Below are positions 29,201 to 40,531 of a stretch of DNA of 64,000 nt, one piece after another (within the stretch, counting starts at the first letter, position 1; each line of letters begins with the position of its first letter). Position numbers and translations under genes: made by a program. The stretch covers positions 1,674,001 through 1,738,000 of the forward strand of contig CM082577.2 in NCBI GenBank assembly GCA_040954595.2, given 5' to 3'. The DNA comes from Balanoglossus misakiensis (taxonomy: Eukaryota; Animalia; Hemichordata). Below the pieces are notes generated by a model. It made no database searches and was not told the DNA's origin. It saw only the letters and a list, made by a program, of their open reading frames with translations.

Positions 29201-32200
29201 CGCCATAACTCAGACTTCAGCCCAAACCACAGAAGTACCAGGGGTGTCCACTCAGGCAGACTTGCCGAAACCAGTCAACGACCCTGAGGTGAGTATTACA
29301 CCAGTACCACTTGGAATTCTCCATCTTTGTGCCATGCATTGATTCCTGCAGTACAATTAGAGAATAAAAAACCTCCCCTTTCCCCACCTATTCAAGAACT
29401 TTCATTGACATCTTTTTTTCATTCTCATTCTCATCATAGGCGTATCTTGAGAAATTAAAACACGGTCCGCGACTGAAGTCGGGCCGGCGGATCATCTACG
29501 AGATCACCGTGGTAACTGGATCCAGACTGGGTGCCAGCACCAAAGCCGATGTGCACATCACCATGTATGGCAGCAAGGGCAATTCCGGAAAGATCAAACT
29601 CAAACAAGCCAAAGCGGGAGGCAAACTCAAATTCCAAAAGGGGCAGGTAAGTCAATACTGTGCGCAGGGGCAACCGATCTGTTTTGCAAACATTTCGTGT
29701 GTGTATTGGTTTTCACATTGAGTGGCCCGAAGTGAGTGCATGCCAGCTTCGCTCAAATATTCTGTTATTATGTTTGTGGACTGAAGTGTTTATTTCAAGA
29801 TCTGACTGGAATCAATGACTGGTGTTCTCCATACTCATCCTTCCATTTTATTTTGTTCACAGACTGATGTCTTTAAGGTTGATACGTACCACGTTGGTAA
29901 ATTGGAATGTGTAGAAATTGGACATGATCGAAAGGAACTAGGTATGTCACCTCTCGAAAACACACTTTCATTTTCACCTCTGAACACAGTGGGCTAATCA
30001 CATGAACTGCTATATTACAAAGAGGATCAGATAGTTTTCTGCTAGTTTGCTAATGGCCCACAATGCAGACTCGTACAAAAATACCAGCCTGGGGGTGAAA
30101 GTTCACACGAGGTTCATCAGGCAAGCAGCCAGTATGCACCCATATAATGATATACTGATGATAATGCTGACAATCTGCAACATTCGCCTTCAATATGTAC
30201 GTGTCTTTGTTGCACAGGAATGGGCTGGTTCTTGGAGAAAGTTCTCATCTGCGAAGATCAGGAGAAAGCGTCGTACGAGTTCAAGTGTAATCGGTGGCTG
30301 TCGGCCATGGACGATGACAGCAGAACCATTCGAGTTTTACCACTAACGGATATTGAATATGGTAAGTAGTCTTTAAGAGATTTTGATGCGAGACCATCTT
30401 CAAACAATGCATATGGATCGAGCCATGGAGGTGAAAAGGTCAAACTACATGCGTGCATAAAGTTGTCCATTGATAATTATGCTGCCCAGCTGTGCATTGA
30501 ATTCTGCTCCTATCTCAGTGTGCAAAGAGAAAGATTAAAATTTCATGCCAGTGCACTTGTAATTTGCTTGTTTTGTTTCAGCTTCCTCCAGTGATTCTGA
30601 CACAGAGACCGAGACGCAGACAGAACCGGAAAGCTATGTTGAAAAGAGCGTGGCGAGCACCCACTACAGCCAGCCTTCCGACACCGACGGCAACATCAGC
30701 GAGACCACAGCCACTAACACACAGGTGAACACCAGCAGCAGCAGCGAGTCAGACAGCGACGACTCGGCCAGCGTCCGGGTGGTGAGGGTGAAGCGAAAAG
30801 ACGCCCTTCCCAGCACCACTACGGCTACGACCGCCACGTCTGCCTCCAGCAGTTCGGGATCGTCTGACTCCGAATCGGAAACGGAGTCGGAGTCCTCTTC
30901 CGGGTCGGAGACGGAGACACAGACGGACACGGCCACGGAGACGGACCGCGACGACCGGAAGGCGTCGCGAATCAAGAAGCAGTCGGGAAACGGGCAAGCA
31001 CCCCCAAGGGAAGGCGTTAAGACCTTGGGGGTGCAGAGGGACGAAGGAGACCAAGACGCCAAGGATAAGAGTGATTCAGATTCCGACACGAGCAGAAGGA
31101 AATCTGCAGACCAGAAGCAGCAGAGTTTGCCAACGATTGAAGAGAAAGACAAGGAAAGTAGAACTTCCCTGTCGTCAGCATCATCATCATCAGCATCTTC
31201 TGCATCATCATCTTCATCGTCGAGTGAATCTGAATCTGAATCCGAATCCAAGGGGGACCGCAAAAGAAGCAAGAGAAGATCAAGCAGCGGCTCAGAGACT
31301 GGAGACAGGAGAAAATCGGAATCTAGCAGCGGATCGGAAAGCGAGAGATCAAAATCCGGGAGGGAGTCTCGGAGCGGAAGCGAATCGGAAGTAGGACGAG
31401 ACAAGCGGGAGACGTCAAGCAGAGAATCGGAGAGAGAGAAGCCAAAGGAAGACGTTGAGCCAGAGAAGAGAATTTCAAGCACAGGGTCGGAGAGCGAGGG
31501 TGCCAAAGCCCAAAGTGGCTCGCAGTCGGAGAGCACGGGAAAGGAGAAGTCTGGAAGCGGATCAGACAGCGGATCCGTGAAAGACGACAGGGGCGCGAGT
31601 AGATCCGACAGCGAGTCCCACACGGACAGCGAGTCAGACAGCGACACCACCAGCGGAAGTTACAGCAGCAGCAGCAGCGACAGTCGCAGCAGATCTGGCA
31701 GCAGTAGCAGCAGCAGTGGCAGCGACTCAGAAATTGAGGCAGCCAGGGAAAAGCGCACAGATCTGAAACCAGAGGATATACCTCCCAGACCATCGACGCC
31801 CACCCCACCACCCTCTTCATCATCTGTTACCTCAGAAACTAAAGAACAGGGGGATGTCTTCATGGAGGGATTCAAGGTAAAATATTATCTAATCATTTTG
31901 ATTCAAAGTCTACTCGCATTCTCCTTCTCATCTAATCAGACTGCAAAGAACCTTATTTCAACACATTCAGATTCCTGTTCAATGAGGCCAATTGCTTGTA
32001 TCAGTTTATATCAGTACAGTGAGTTTTGTATGTAAACCAACTGAGAGTTGAGCTATTGGTCACCCTTCAGTGCATGAATATGTTTTGATTCTAGGCTGGA
32101 ATGAAAGCCCAGGAGGAGTCGACAAGCAAGTCACCACCACCAGAGACAGAGAAGGAGAAAGATGAAGAGGATAGAAAAATCCGCCACGGTCCAGCGATTC

Positions 32201-34597
32201 ACCAAGCCACCAAGAACGGCGACCTGGAGAGGGTGAAGGCATTGGTGGCCAGGGACAAAGCACATGTCAAGTGAGTTGTTTGTCCCACATACTGTCGAAA
32301 ATCAGGATGAGACAGAGAGTAATTAGGCATGCATTAAAGGGACATTGTTCTATGTGTCTGTCCCACACAGTTCACTTCAGTGGTGATGAAATAGTTTTAA
32401 GGAAACATGTCTTTTTCCCCCACAGTGAACCTGATGAAGTTGGGCGTACACCTCTGCACATAGCGGCTGAGAACAACCAGCTGGACATCCTGAAGTGGCT
32501 GCCATTGAATGGAGCAGACATCAACCAAGAAACGAGAACCGGCTACAAGAGTATGCACATGGCAGCGCTCAGTGGACATGTCAGGTGCATGAATGCACTG
32601 TCTGTCATGGGAGCCTCGGTGAAGACCAAGACCTTTGATAACCAGACGCCTTTACATCTGGCAGCAATGAGGTTTGTATATCTTTACTGATGCATTAGAA
32701 AGAAATTTGAGTTGGAGGTAGAGTGATGTTGCTGTGATCATAATGTAATTTGCAGGAGTTTGCTTTCAGATGTAGTGAAAGCTTTATAATAGCTGTATTG
32801 TGATCACAACCACTGTCATGTGGCCAGAGGAAGAAAATGATACAGTAGAACAGAGGCAACTCAATCTAGTAATCATGTACATGTACATGCACAGAGAAGT
32901 TTTTCGGTATTCGTCATGGCACTTAGGGCAATGTGCGACCACCACACACCAGCAGAAGAGTTCTGATCACTATTGACTTATGATTTAATTTCAGCGGTCA
33001 CCTGGAGTCAGCCAAGTGGTTGGTTGCCAACCGAGCACCACTGGACGACATCGACAACATGGGCCGAACTCCACTGGATCTGGCCGAGGAGTATAACCAC
33101 GAAAAAGTCCTCAGTTTCTTGAAAGCGTGTGAGGCTGATTTGAAGCGTGAAGACAGTGGCATAGCACAGTTGAGGTCACCCAGAAAACCAGAGTAAGTCC
33201 CAACTTTGTCATTATCATTCAGTGAGTGATTTGCACATAACAGAGGTCATCTGTAACTCATAGAATAATGGTAACATTGACAATTTTTTCTCTTGATTGT
33301 ATTGACCACACAGTGATCAACCACAGAATCAATTCAGTGATCTGACGGCTGCAAGACAAACAACATCAGACTCTGCTGGCAGCTGGACTGATGACAAAGA
33401 TGTGAGTATACATTTCTCAGAAGTGATGTTTTCATTAGAACAGGAGGCCATATGATCAGATAAGCCAAATATGATATGCCTTAAATAATCAGTGAATGCT
33501 GGACTTTTAAATTGTAGTGAAACCTTCCATGTCCAGTCTTAATTTTAGCAGTAGTAGTTTTGTCCTATTAGTGTGTGTGTATGTGTGTGTATGCTGTATC
33601 CAAATAGTTTATGTAACCTATTGATGATTTTTTTATCACAGACTTCAGACAAAGAACTCAGAGGAAGAAGAGACAGCAGGAGCAGCACAGGAACCGGCAG
33701 CTCCAGCAGCTCTGGTTCCGGAAGTGAGACCGAGGGAAGCCGGAGTCGCAGCACGAGTCCCACTGGAGATGACCGGAGAGGCACCGGCACTGGGACCGGA
33801 TCCGGCAGTGAGAGCCAGACCATCACCGGCACATACAGTGGAACCGACACCGGCACCGTCACCCGGTCTGAATCGGAGACCGACATCAAGAAGCAGCTGC
33901 CCGAGAAGATGCAGGAGAAGGAAGAGCAAGCGATAAAGGCAAATTGACATTCTCATTGCAAGTAGCCCCCTTATATAGTTCTATTGTGTGGAGTCGATTT
34001 TTCGGTTTGAACTGCTGTGGCCAAATCTGTGGCGTTTCCGTGACAAAACCATAAAAATCCCACAAGGTGTACCCTCCACACAATTAATTGATTGAATACA
34101 TAGTATTCAGACAATTATTTCATTCAACACATGACTAATAATGGTTTGATGCCGTTGTAGTTTATCATAATATCATGAGCCATGCATATGCACCCCTTAT
34201 CTTTGACATGTCACCATTTTGGAGTAAAACGCAGCCATTTATGAGCAAGAATGCATCAACTCATGGGTCACATCGACGAAATAAGTGCTCACTTTGATAA
34301 TACTCACTCTACTGTTGTCAGTGTAAGGCTGTCCACGCTAATTCATCACCCCCCCCCCCCAAATGGACCAGCTAAAGCTCAACCACTCCCCTCCCAACAC
34401 ACACACACACACACCCAAGATAAATTAAATAATTTCTACAAGTAGACACCACGTCTAATTGACAATCCACATTTTGTTTTTCGTTTCAGGAAAGACAGCA
34501 GTCGTACAAAGAGCACCATGCCAAAATGCAAGAGACTGGAACCAGCTTCCTGGATGCAATACGCATGGACTACGATGATAATGCACAACAGCAGTAG
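20261..34597 (+). CDS. Uncharacterised ~1415-aa protein: basic N-terminus, TQT-motif array, PLAT/LH2 domain, Ser/Asp/Glu-rich linker, five ankyrin repeats, C-terminal helix
   Basis: 22 phase-consistent exons: 20261-20298, 22328-22375, 22662-22752, 25757-25890, 26231-26270, 26384-26496, 26836-26953, 27190-27258, 27431-27718, 27854-27999, 28377-28576, 29164-29288, 29440-29646, 29863-29941, 30218-30361, 30582-31876, 32095-32270, 32426-32671, 32995-33192, 33314-33401, 33642-33938 (GC donor), 34490-34597. Total 4248 nt, open throughout. PLAT motifs: YEITVVTGSRLGASTKADVHITMYG, FQKGQTDVF, IGHD, GWFLEKV, FKCNRWL. Ankyrin motifs: GRTPLHIAA, QTPLHLAA, GRTPLDLA. The first two exons and the last junction are the least certain. 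Confidence 0.85.
22958..23020. repeat. Perfect 31-bp inverted repeat with 1-nt spacer (63-bp palindrome)
   Basis: TAATCTGACTGTTTCAGTCATAAACATTTAT-A-ATAAATGTTTATGACTGAAACAGTCAGATTA; intronic. Confidence 0.97.
25679..25692. promoter_or_regulatory. Perfect palindromic RFX X-box motif
   Basis: GTTTCCATGGAAAC matches the X-box consensus GTYNCY-AT-RGNAAC. A near match GTTGCCATGCCAAC lies at 22461-22474 in the same gene. Function is not demonstrated. Confidence 0.45.
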
Positions 34598-36639
34598 TAG
34601 TCTCGACATCTTGACAGAGAAATAACACGAACTACACAATGCCACATTTACCTTTATATATTTTAACAATTTTTAGACATTTTTCGTACTGGTAAGTCTA
34701 TCAAAAGAAGAAAAAAAAACTTCACACAGTGTAGAGTCTTTCCTAACTGTGCCAAAAAAAGCTCACCTGTAGAACAGTACAAAAGGCGTACATCTTTCTG
34801 CTTTTTTTAAAAAGTATCTACAACAATTGTGATCATGAAAATATATATATCAGAAATCTCTCTTAGAATTTTATGAAATACCTAATATCAGACTGATACG
34901 AAAAATCAGTCCAGTATCATGATATTTTATTTTCGTATTTATCGAACTCACAGCTGATCTTGGTTTAAGGAAAAACACACACAAATTCCTATGAAAACAA
35001 ATTTCGATATGTGCAAATATTTTCTCACTTGCAGTGTTTCTTGTGTGTGTTATTTGCGTGTTAAAGGAAGACCCTCTTCTGCCATCCTATGATCAAAATA
35101 TATATTTTTTAAACGAGGAAAATATCGAGATAGAATTAAATGCATCAGTTCATAATAAATGTGGGAGAATGCAAAAATGCATGTTTTAAAAAAAAAAATT
35201 ATCATAATCAAGCATTCTACTGGTGGATGGTGACAGAAAAAAAATCCATAATCTAGAAATCAATTCTGTATTTACAGTAAATTGCATTTTTCATGAAAGA
35301 TGCTTCTGTCAAATTGGGCAAGTTTGTAGCCTGTGTACCAGGTCTTCTGATTTTATGAGATATCACTTTCAGGATTTTCTGTGTATTTTCAAGGTAAACA
35401 ACCTATATGTTTAACAGGTACATTGTTCTACAGACTGTTCAGTTTTTGAAAATCTCAAGTGAAATAGAACATTTTTCTCTATTATGCTAAAGGAATACCT
35501 GAAATACTGCAGGTATGGCCTATCACAAACACTTACAGGCAGGCTTCTATTCTCTCTGTTTGCTTTATTGAAGTTAAGGAATTTTTCACATGATGCAAAA
35601 CATGGTTTTAAGTGTAATAAATGGTGTAAATGCAATATAATCTTTTTTATCTGACTAAGTACAAAATGATGCCACAGATTTTGAAATATCAACACTCTTG
35701 ACCCTCACAGCACCATGTTTTTATAACGACTCTGGTATTCAATGCAAAATGCCAGCCAATGTTATATGGATCACACACAGCAGCAGTTTATAAACAGATT
35801 ATTGCATAGGTCCAAAATGAATGCAGTTTCAAATACTTGTACAGAAGTACCCAGGTTTTATTTGTTATGTGGTATAGTGCCATCAGATGCAGTGTTCCTG
35901 AACTCTTGGATGCTCTGATGTCACATCGCAGTTTTGTCCACAGTGCATTTTGTCAGTATTATAATTCCGTGTCTGTATTGCTGCATAATATTACTAGTAC
36001 ATTCCTTGCACATCCTACGAAATAATAATTTACTGCTCTGTAAAAGTACAAACATTCCATCCAGAAAGTAAAACAGGTGCCTGGAATAATTTCCACAGTC
36101 CAAACCCAATTCCAATGTTAATGTCATCCAAAACTAGTCAATTATTATTAAAGTCTTCCCAGTAATATCATTGACCTTAATGACTTTAAAATAAGACTTA
36201 GTTATTGTAAAATATGATTTTCTTATTGGCATCACTGAAAATAAATTTGGTTGATTTGTAATTTTTTTCTGTAAATTCCGAGGTTTTGATACTGTTTAAA
36301 ATTGGTACCAGTTGCTTCATCCTTCTGTTAACAATTATGAAAAAGTACTTGTATATGGAATATTGTGTATTTTGTGGTTTATTTTCTGTATATGTTGCTA
36401 TTTTTACATGTTCTTGATTTGTATAAACTATTCACTGTACATTAAAGGTAGACATTTTTCTAGAAAGTTAAATTCAGTGTCACGTTTACTTTTATGTGTG
36501 TGTGTGTGTGTCTGTTTGCCTGTATATCATCATGGGAAACGTCATAGAATAAAATTTCATCTGACTATACTTTCCATATGTTTTATATGTGCTTAAGTGC
36601 CAACTATGAAAGTGTGCGCAAAATTGCTAACTTGCATAA

Positions 36640-37033
36640 GTCAATATGGCGCCATCTACGGTAGGATGACGAATATCGGTGCCCATTATGCATGTGATAG
36701 AAAAATTGTACGCATTATTTGTTGCTCTCTGAATGTGGACTCTGAAAGTCGAACATAAAACTGTGCGCATGCAAACTAGATGAAGATTATGATAATCCAA
36801 AATGTCGTCGGGAAATGCATCGAATGTGAAGTGACGTCGACACATGAGGATATCCCTTTGACGTCACGATGCGCAATAGACTTTGCGCAATTATCTCGCC
36901 ATTTTGGGATTCCCTCGTCGGCGTCTGGGTTGACATGTGACTCGTGCGATCGTGTATACTGTCTTTCCTTTTCTCAAGGGAAGATGTTACCATAAGCGCA
37001 TCGTTTGAATCGCAACAAAGAACCACAGACACG
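36640..37033 (+). promoter_or_regulatory. TEFM proximal promoter (CpG-rich; YY1-, NRF1- and CRE-like motifs)
   Basis: ATGGCGCCAT at 36646-36655, TGCGCATGCA at 36764-36773 and TGACGTCA at 36859-36866, within 400 bp upstream of the ATG at 37034. Confidence 0.55.
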
Positions 37034-39000
37034 ATGATCCGAAGTGTGCTCAGACGAGGTGCCGACAAGGTAACACTACCATGTACTTCGATACGTTCGT
37101 GTATGCCAAGAATGTAGTCAAGTTCTCATATTCAGTCACATTGAATAACACAAATAACATTGCAAGGAATATCATAAACAATGTGTCAAACACAGTCCTT
37201 CCACCTCTATGATCACAATCAGTACTAACAATTTATCTGAACCTTGCATGCCACATGTAGTTTCACAATTCATTATTGTTTTAAATACCAGAACATGTGG
37301 TAAATTTTGCAGATAGAAAGAGTACATGATGATTGATCTACAGAAAGAGATTGATGTGTGTGTTTGTTTGATATACTGTTATGCATTTCAATCTATATTC
37401 ACATCACACTGTGTTCGTGTTTATTTGAAATTAAAGGTGGTTTGCAGATTACAGTTCCTGGCATTGCAGTCAACCAGATTTTTATCCTCGGAAACACCCA
37501 CACCAAATGCTGATGAACTTGACCTACAAAAGAAAGCTGTCACAGGAGAGTCCAAAGAACAAAAACTCAGAAGAGCCAAGGCAGACAAAATTCTCTCAAC
37601 TCTGTACAATGAGAGTGAGAGAAAACTCATACTAGACAGATTCAATCATGACAGCGAAGATGAACTTTGCAAAATTAAATATCTGAGGATCAAGACTGCA
37701 AAAACAATTATAGAGCACAGAAGGGAACACGGCTCATTTGATGATGTCATGGGCTTGATCAGCATTCCGGGCATCGGAGAGAAGATGTTGCAGTTATTCT
37801 GTGCCGACATCGTCAGGGAGAAGAAGGAACCGTCGACAAGACCGATCAAAGTCAACAACAAACAGCACTTCTTTGCAATGAAACCGGATTTGTCAAAAGA
37901 AAGACTTGAGGTGAGGGTTTTCACTGTGATTTTAGAGTCCAAATGCTGGTCTGCTGATCTCTATTGATTCCACAACATGCAGAAATGGAATATTAGTTTA
38001 GTTTCAGGTGTTGACATGGAAGACAGGCCTCAACCAGAGCATTTAGCACAGCACAAAAAATCCCAAAATCTGAGAAGGATCCATATGTGTGACTATAGTA
38101 CCTGCAGGCAATAATTGCCACATATGAACTAACCACTGCATCACCCATGTAACATGTAGTGTGGTGCCCCTCCACAATGTTGGATGTCTCTTTTATTGCA
38201 GTCCCTACAGAGTGTGGTTTCCATCGACTTGGCATTCAAGACTATTGCGTGGATTCACGTGGACAGAAACATGGAGGTCTGTGACTGGAGGCACCATCGG
38301 GTGGACGTCATGGAGCGACGATACGATCCAATCAGCTACGTTGAAAACGTGAGTGATATTTGCAATTACCCTCGGTAAACACAATGGAGATGAAGTTTTC
38401 ACTGAATCAGATTTACAAGTTTCGAACATGTGTTGGAGAACATTTCATGAGCTCCCATTTCATGCATGTAATTGAAAAACAGTTTCACTAAGATTCATTC
38501 TTACACCAGTCAGCTGAATGATGAAACCAAGCCCAGAGGAATATATTAACATGTGCATCATTCTATTCCAGGTGTCGTCCGTGGTTGAAGCGATGCCACT
38601 GGCCGACGTCTACCTCATGGAGTACATCACATTCCGGAAGAAAAACCTGAATCTGCTGCCGGCCATGCTGCACATACGGACACTAGAGGGCGTCCTCTAC
38701 GGCATGCTCAACCGACACTTCCCGGACACCCACGACCACAAAGTCGTCACTGTGGGCCGCATGACCGTCGGCAGACATTTCGATCTGATTGTCGGTAACA
38801 ACAGGAAGAGTGGGCAGAATGTTGCCACGAATTTGGTAGAAATGGCTGCAACTCATCGCAAACCAAGGGTGATCATACCCCCTCCCCTGATCAAGATGTT
38901 CTTGTCGAGTAGCCAGCTGGACAAGGAATGCCTAAGTAACTGTCTCTTGCAGGCTGTTGCCTTCTATGAGCTTGCGATCAATAATGGTAAAGAGCAGTGA
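37034..39000 (+). CDS. TEFM: Mitochondrial transcription elongation factor TEFM (4 exons)
   Basis: Exons 37034-37069, 37437 (or 37455)-37910, 38202-38348 and 38572-39000. Arg-rich targeting-peptide-like start (MIRSVLRRG..). Helix-hairpin-helix region (AKTIIEHRREHGSF..LISIPGIGEKML). RNase-H-fold C-terminal domain (IAWIHVDR, MPLADVYLME, VGRHFDLIVG, LLQAVAFYELA), closely matching vertebrate TEFM as recalled. Confidence 0.92.
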
Positions 39001-39163
39001 ACTGTATTTACAATGATTTATGAAAAGCCACTGGTTCATTTTGTACAGAATGTAAGAAACAATACTTTTTTAAAAACAAATAAAAGTAATCGTGACAATT
39101 ACTTGGCGTGTTCATTCCTTCTTGAAAGCTGCCGTGAACTTGTGGTTTTATTTAAACCACAAT

Positions 39164-39373
39164 CAGTGTTTCATTCAGGATGGTATCAACAGGGGGGGAT
39201 ATGTCCCCTTTGCCAGAATATTTGGGGGGGGGGGATTCCACTTTGGCAAGGGGACCTGTAATATCTCCAACATGCGAATGACCTTATTTAAAGGGGCACT
39301 GGTCCCCTCTTGACAAATTACTATGGGGGTGACAACGGGGTGAATCCCCCATCCCTCTGTCTAGAAGAAACAC
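39164..39373. mobile_element. hAT-like MITE between convergent TEFM and COX19
   Basis: Begins CAGTGTTTC and ends GAAACAC (terminal TG missing). The 8-bp flanks ACCACAAT and ATCACAAT match at 7 of 8 positions. G/C-tract-rich interior. Confidence 0.6.
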
Positions 39374-39414
39374 ATCACAATATATTGCTGCATCTATCGC
39401 CACGTTCATCACCA

Positions 39415-40214
39415 TCATGAGTCTTTCACACCAGTTTTGTCTTCCAAGTCACTGTAGCCCAGCTTACTGAGAGATTCCTTTGCCATCAGCTCCCTGTGAA
39501 CAGAATTTCTGAAAATGTCACAAGAAATTCAACATCATGGCTCATATTTAAAGAGGAAAAAACTGCTACCTTTTTTGAACCAACCTCAGAAGGAAACATG
39601 TAAATGGACATCATACATCACCAGGGGACGGGGTCAGTGCAAAACAGTGCCTTGTAATAAAGGAATGAGGGAAATGGGTATGTGCACCTGAGGTTATATG
39701 CATTGCTGCTGCAGAAAATGTCACAGAGGGAATATCAGTGTACACTGTATACTGACCTATCCATTCGACATTGAAGGTAATTTTTGGCCTCTTCTCTGCA
39801 TTTTCCATTGTCTGATCTATTCTTCCGAAGACATGTCATGTAGACATCCATGAACTCTTTACACTCTCCTGAGAAAAGGTAAGAATATCACATTATCACC
39901 CAGCTTTGCCCTAAGACACACAGCGAAAACCTGGGGGCCGAATAGTGTTTGGAATTTATTGCAGAGCGCAAGTCCCCTACCCTGAATAACACTGGATAGT
40001 GTACTGGATTCACTAATTGTACCAGGACGGGTTAGCCAAGCCGTGCGGACCGAACGATGGATGGATATTAAGTGTTACCTACGAGGCGTTATTTCCGTAA
40101 ATCATACTAAATAAATCAGTAAATGGAAAACCTACCTTCGTGATCGATGGGGAAACTTCCCTTTGCTGGAGCTCTGGGATTAAAGCTTTTCTGACCAAAG
40201 GTCGTTGCAGACAT
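39415..40214 (-). CDS. COX19: Cytochrome c oxidase assembly protein COX19 (3 exons, 89 aa)
   Basis: Exons 40214-40136, 39868-39757 and 39493-39415 give [89 protein letters not shown]. Twin CX9C motif and the KGSFP.DH.GEC signature. Confidence 0.97.
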
Positions 40215-40531
40215 TGGTGATCTTTGTTGTTGAGCAAATTCAAGGTCCTTAAAATGATGAATTACAATATTAAGTCGTGGATCAAAGAATTCACAGCGCT
40301 GCCATGCCAAATCTCATCGTTCTTTCGTAAGTAATCATCGTTCTCGTGTTTTCGTTCACGCTGGCTCCTCAGTTAACCTTTGACCTCCCGAGTTTCACGT
40401 GTTTCTTATCCTTCTGCCTCATTGGTTCACTGAACCCTGTCATAAACAATATAACCCAATCAAAAAAGTCCTTACTGCTGTTGGTGTTCTGCTGGAAAAA
40501 CGATCCGAGTGATCAAAGATAACCCGGGCAC
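40215..40531. promoter_or_regulatory. Probable bidirectional promoter between COX19 and the RRM-like gene
   Basis: Divergent ATGs 317 bp apart. Oppositely oriented CCAAT boxes: ATTGG at 40421 and CCAAT near 40456. Confidence 0.55.

Noticed and set aside
30664-33956. Several long antisense and alternative-frame ORFs over the Ser-rich exons
   Set aside because: Expected by-products of low-complexity Ser/Asp/Glu codons. A dentin-sialophosphoprotein-like call was also rejected because it would rest on composition only.
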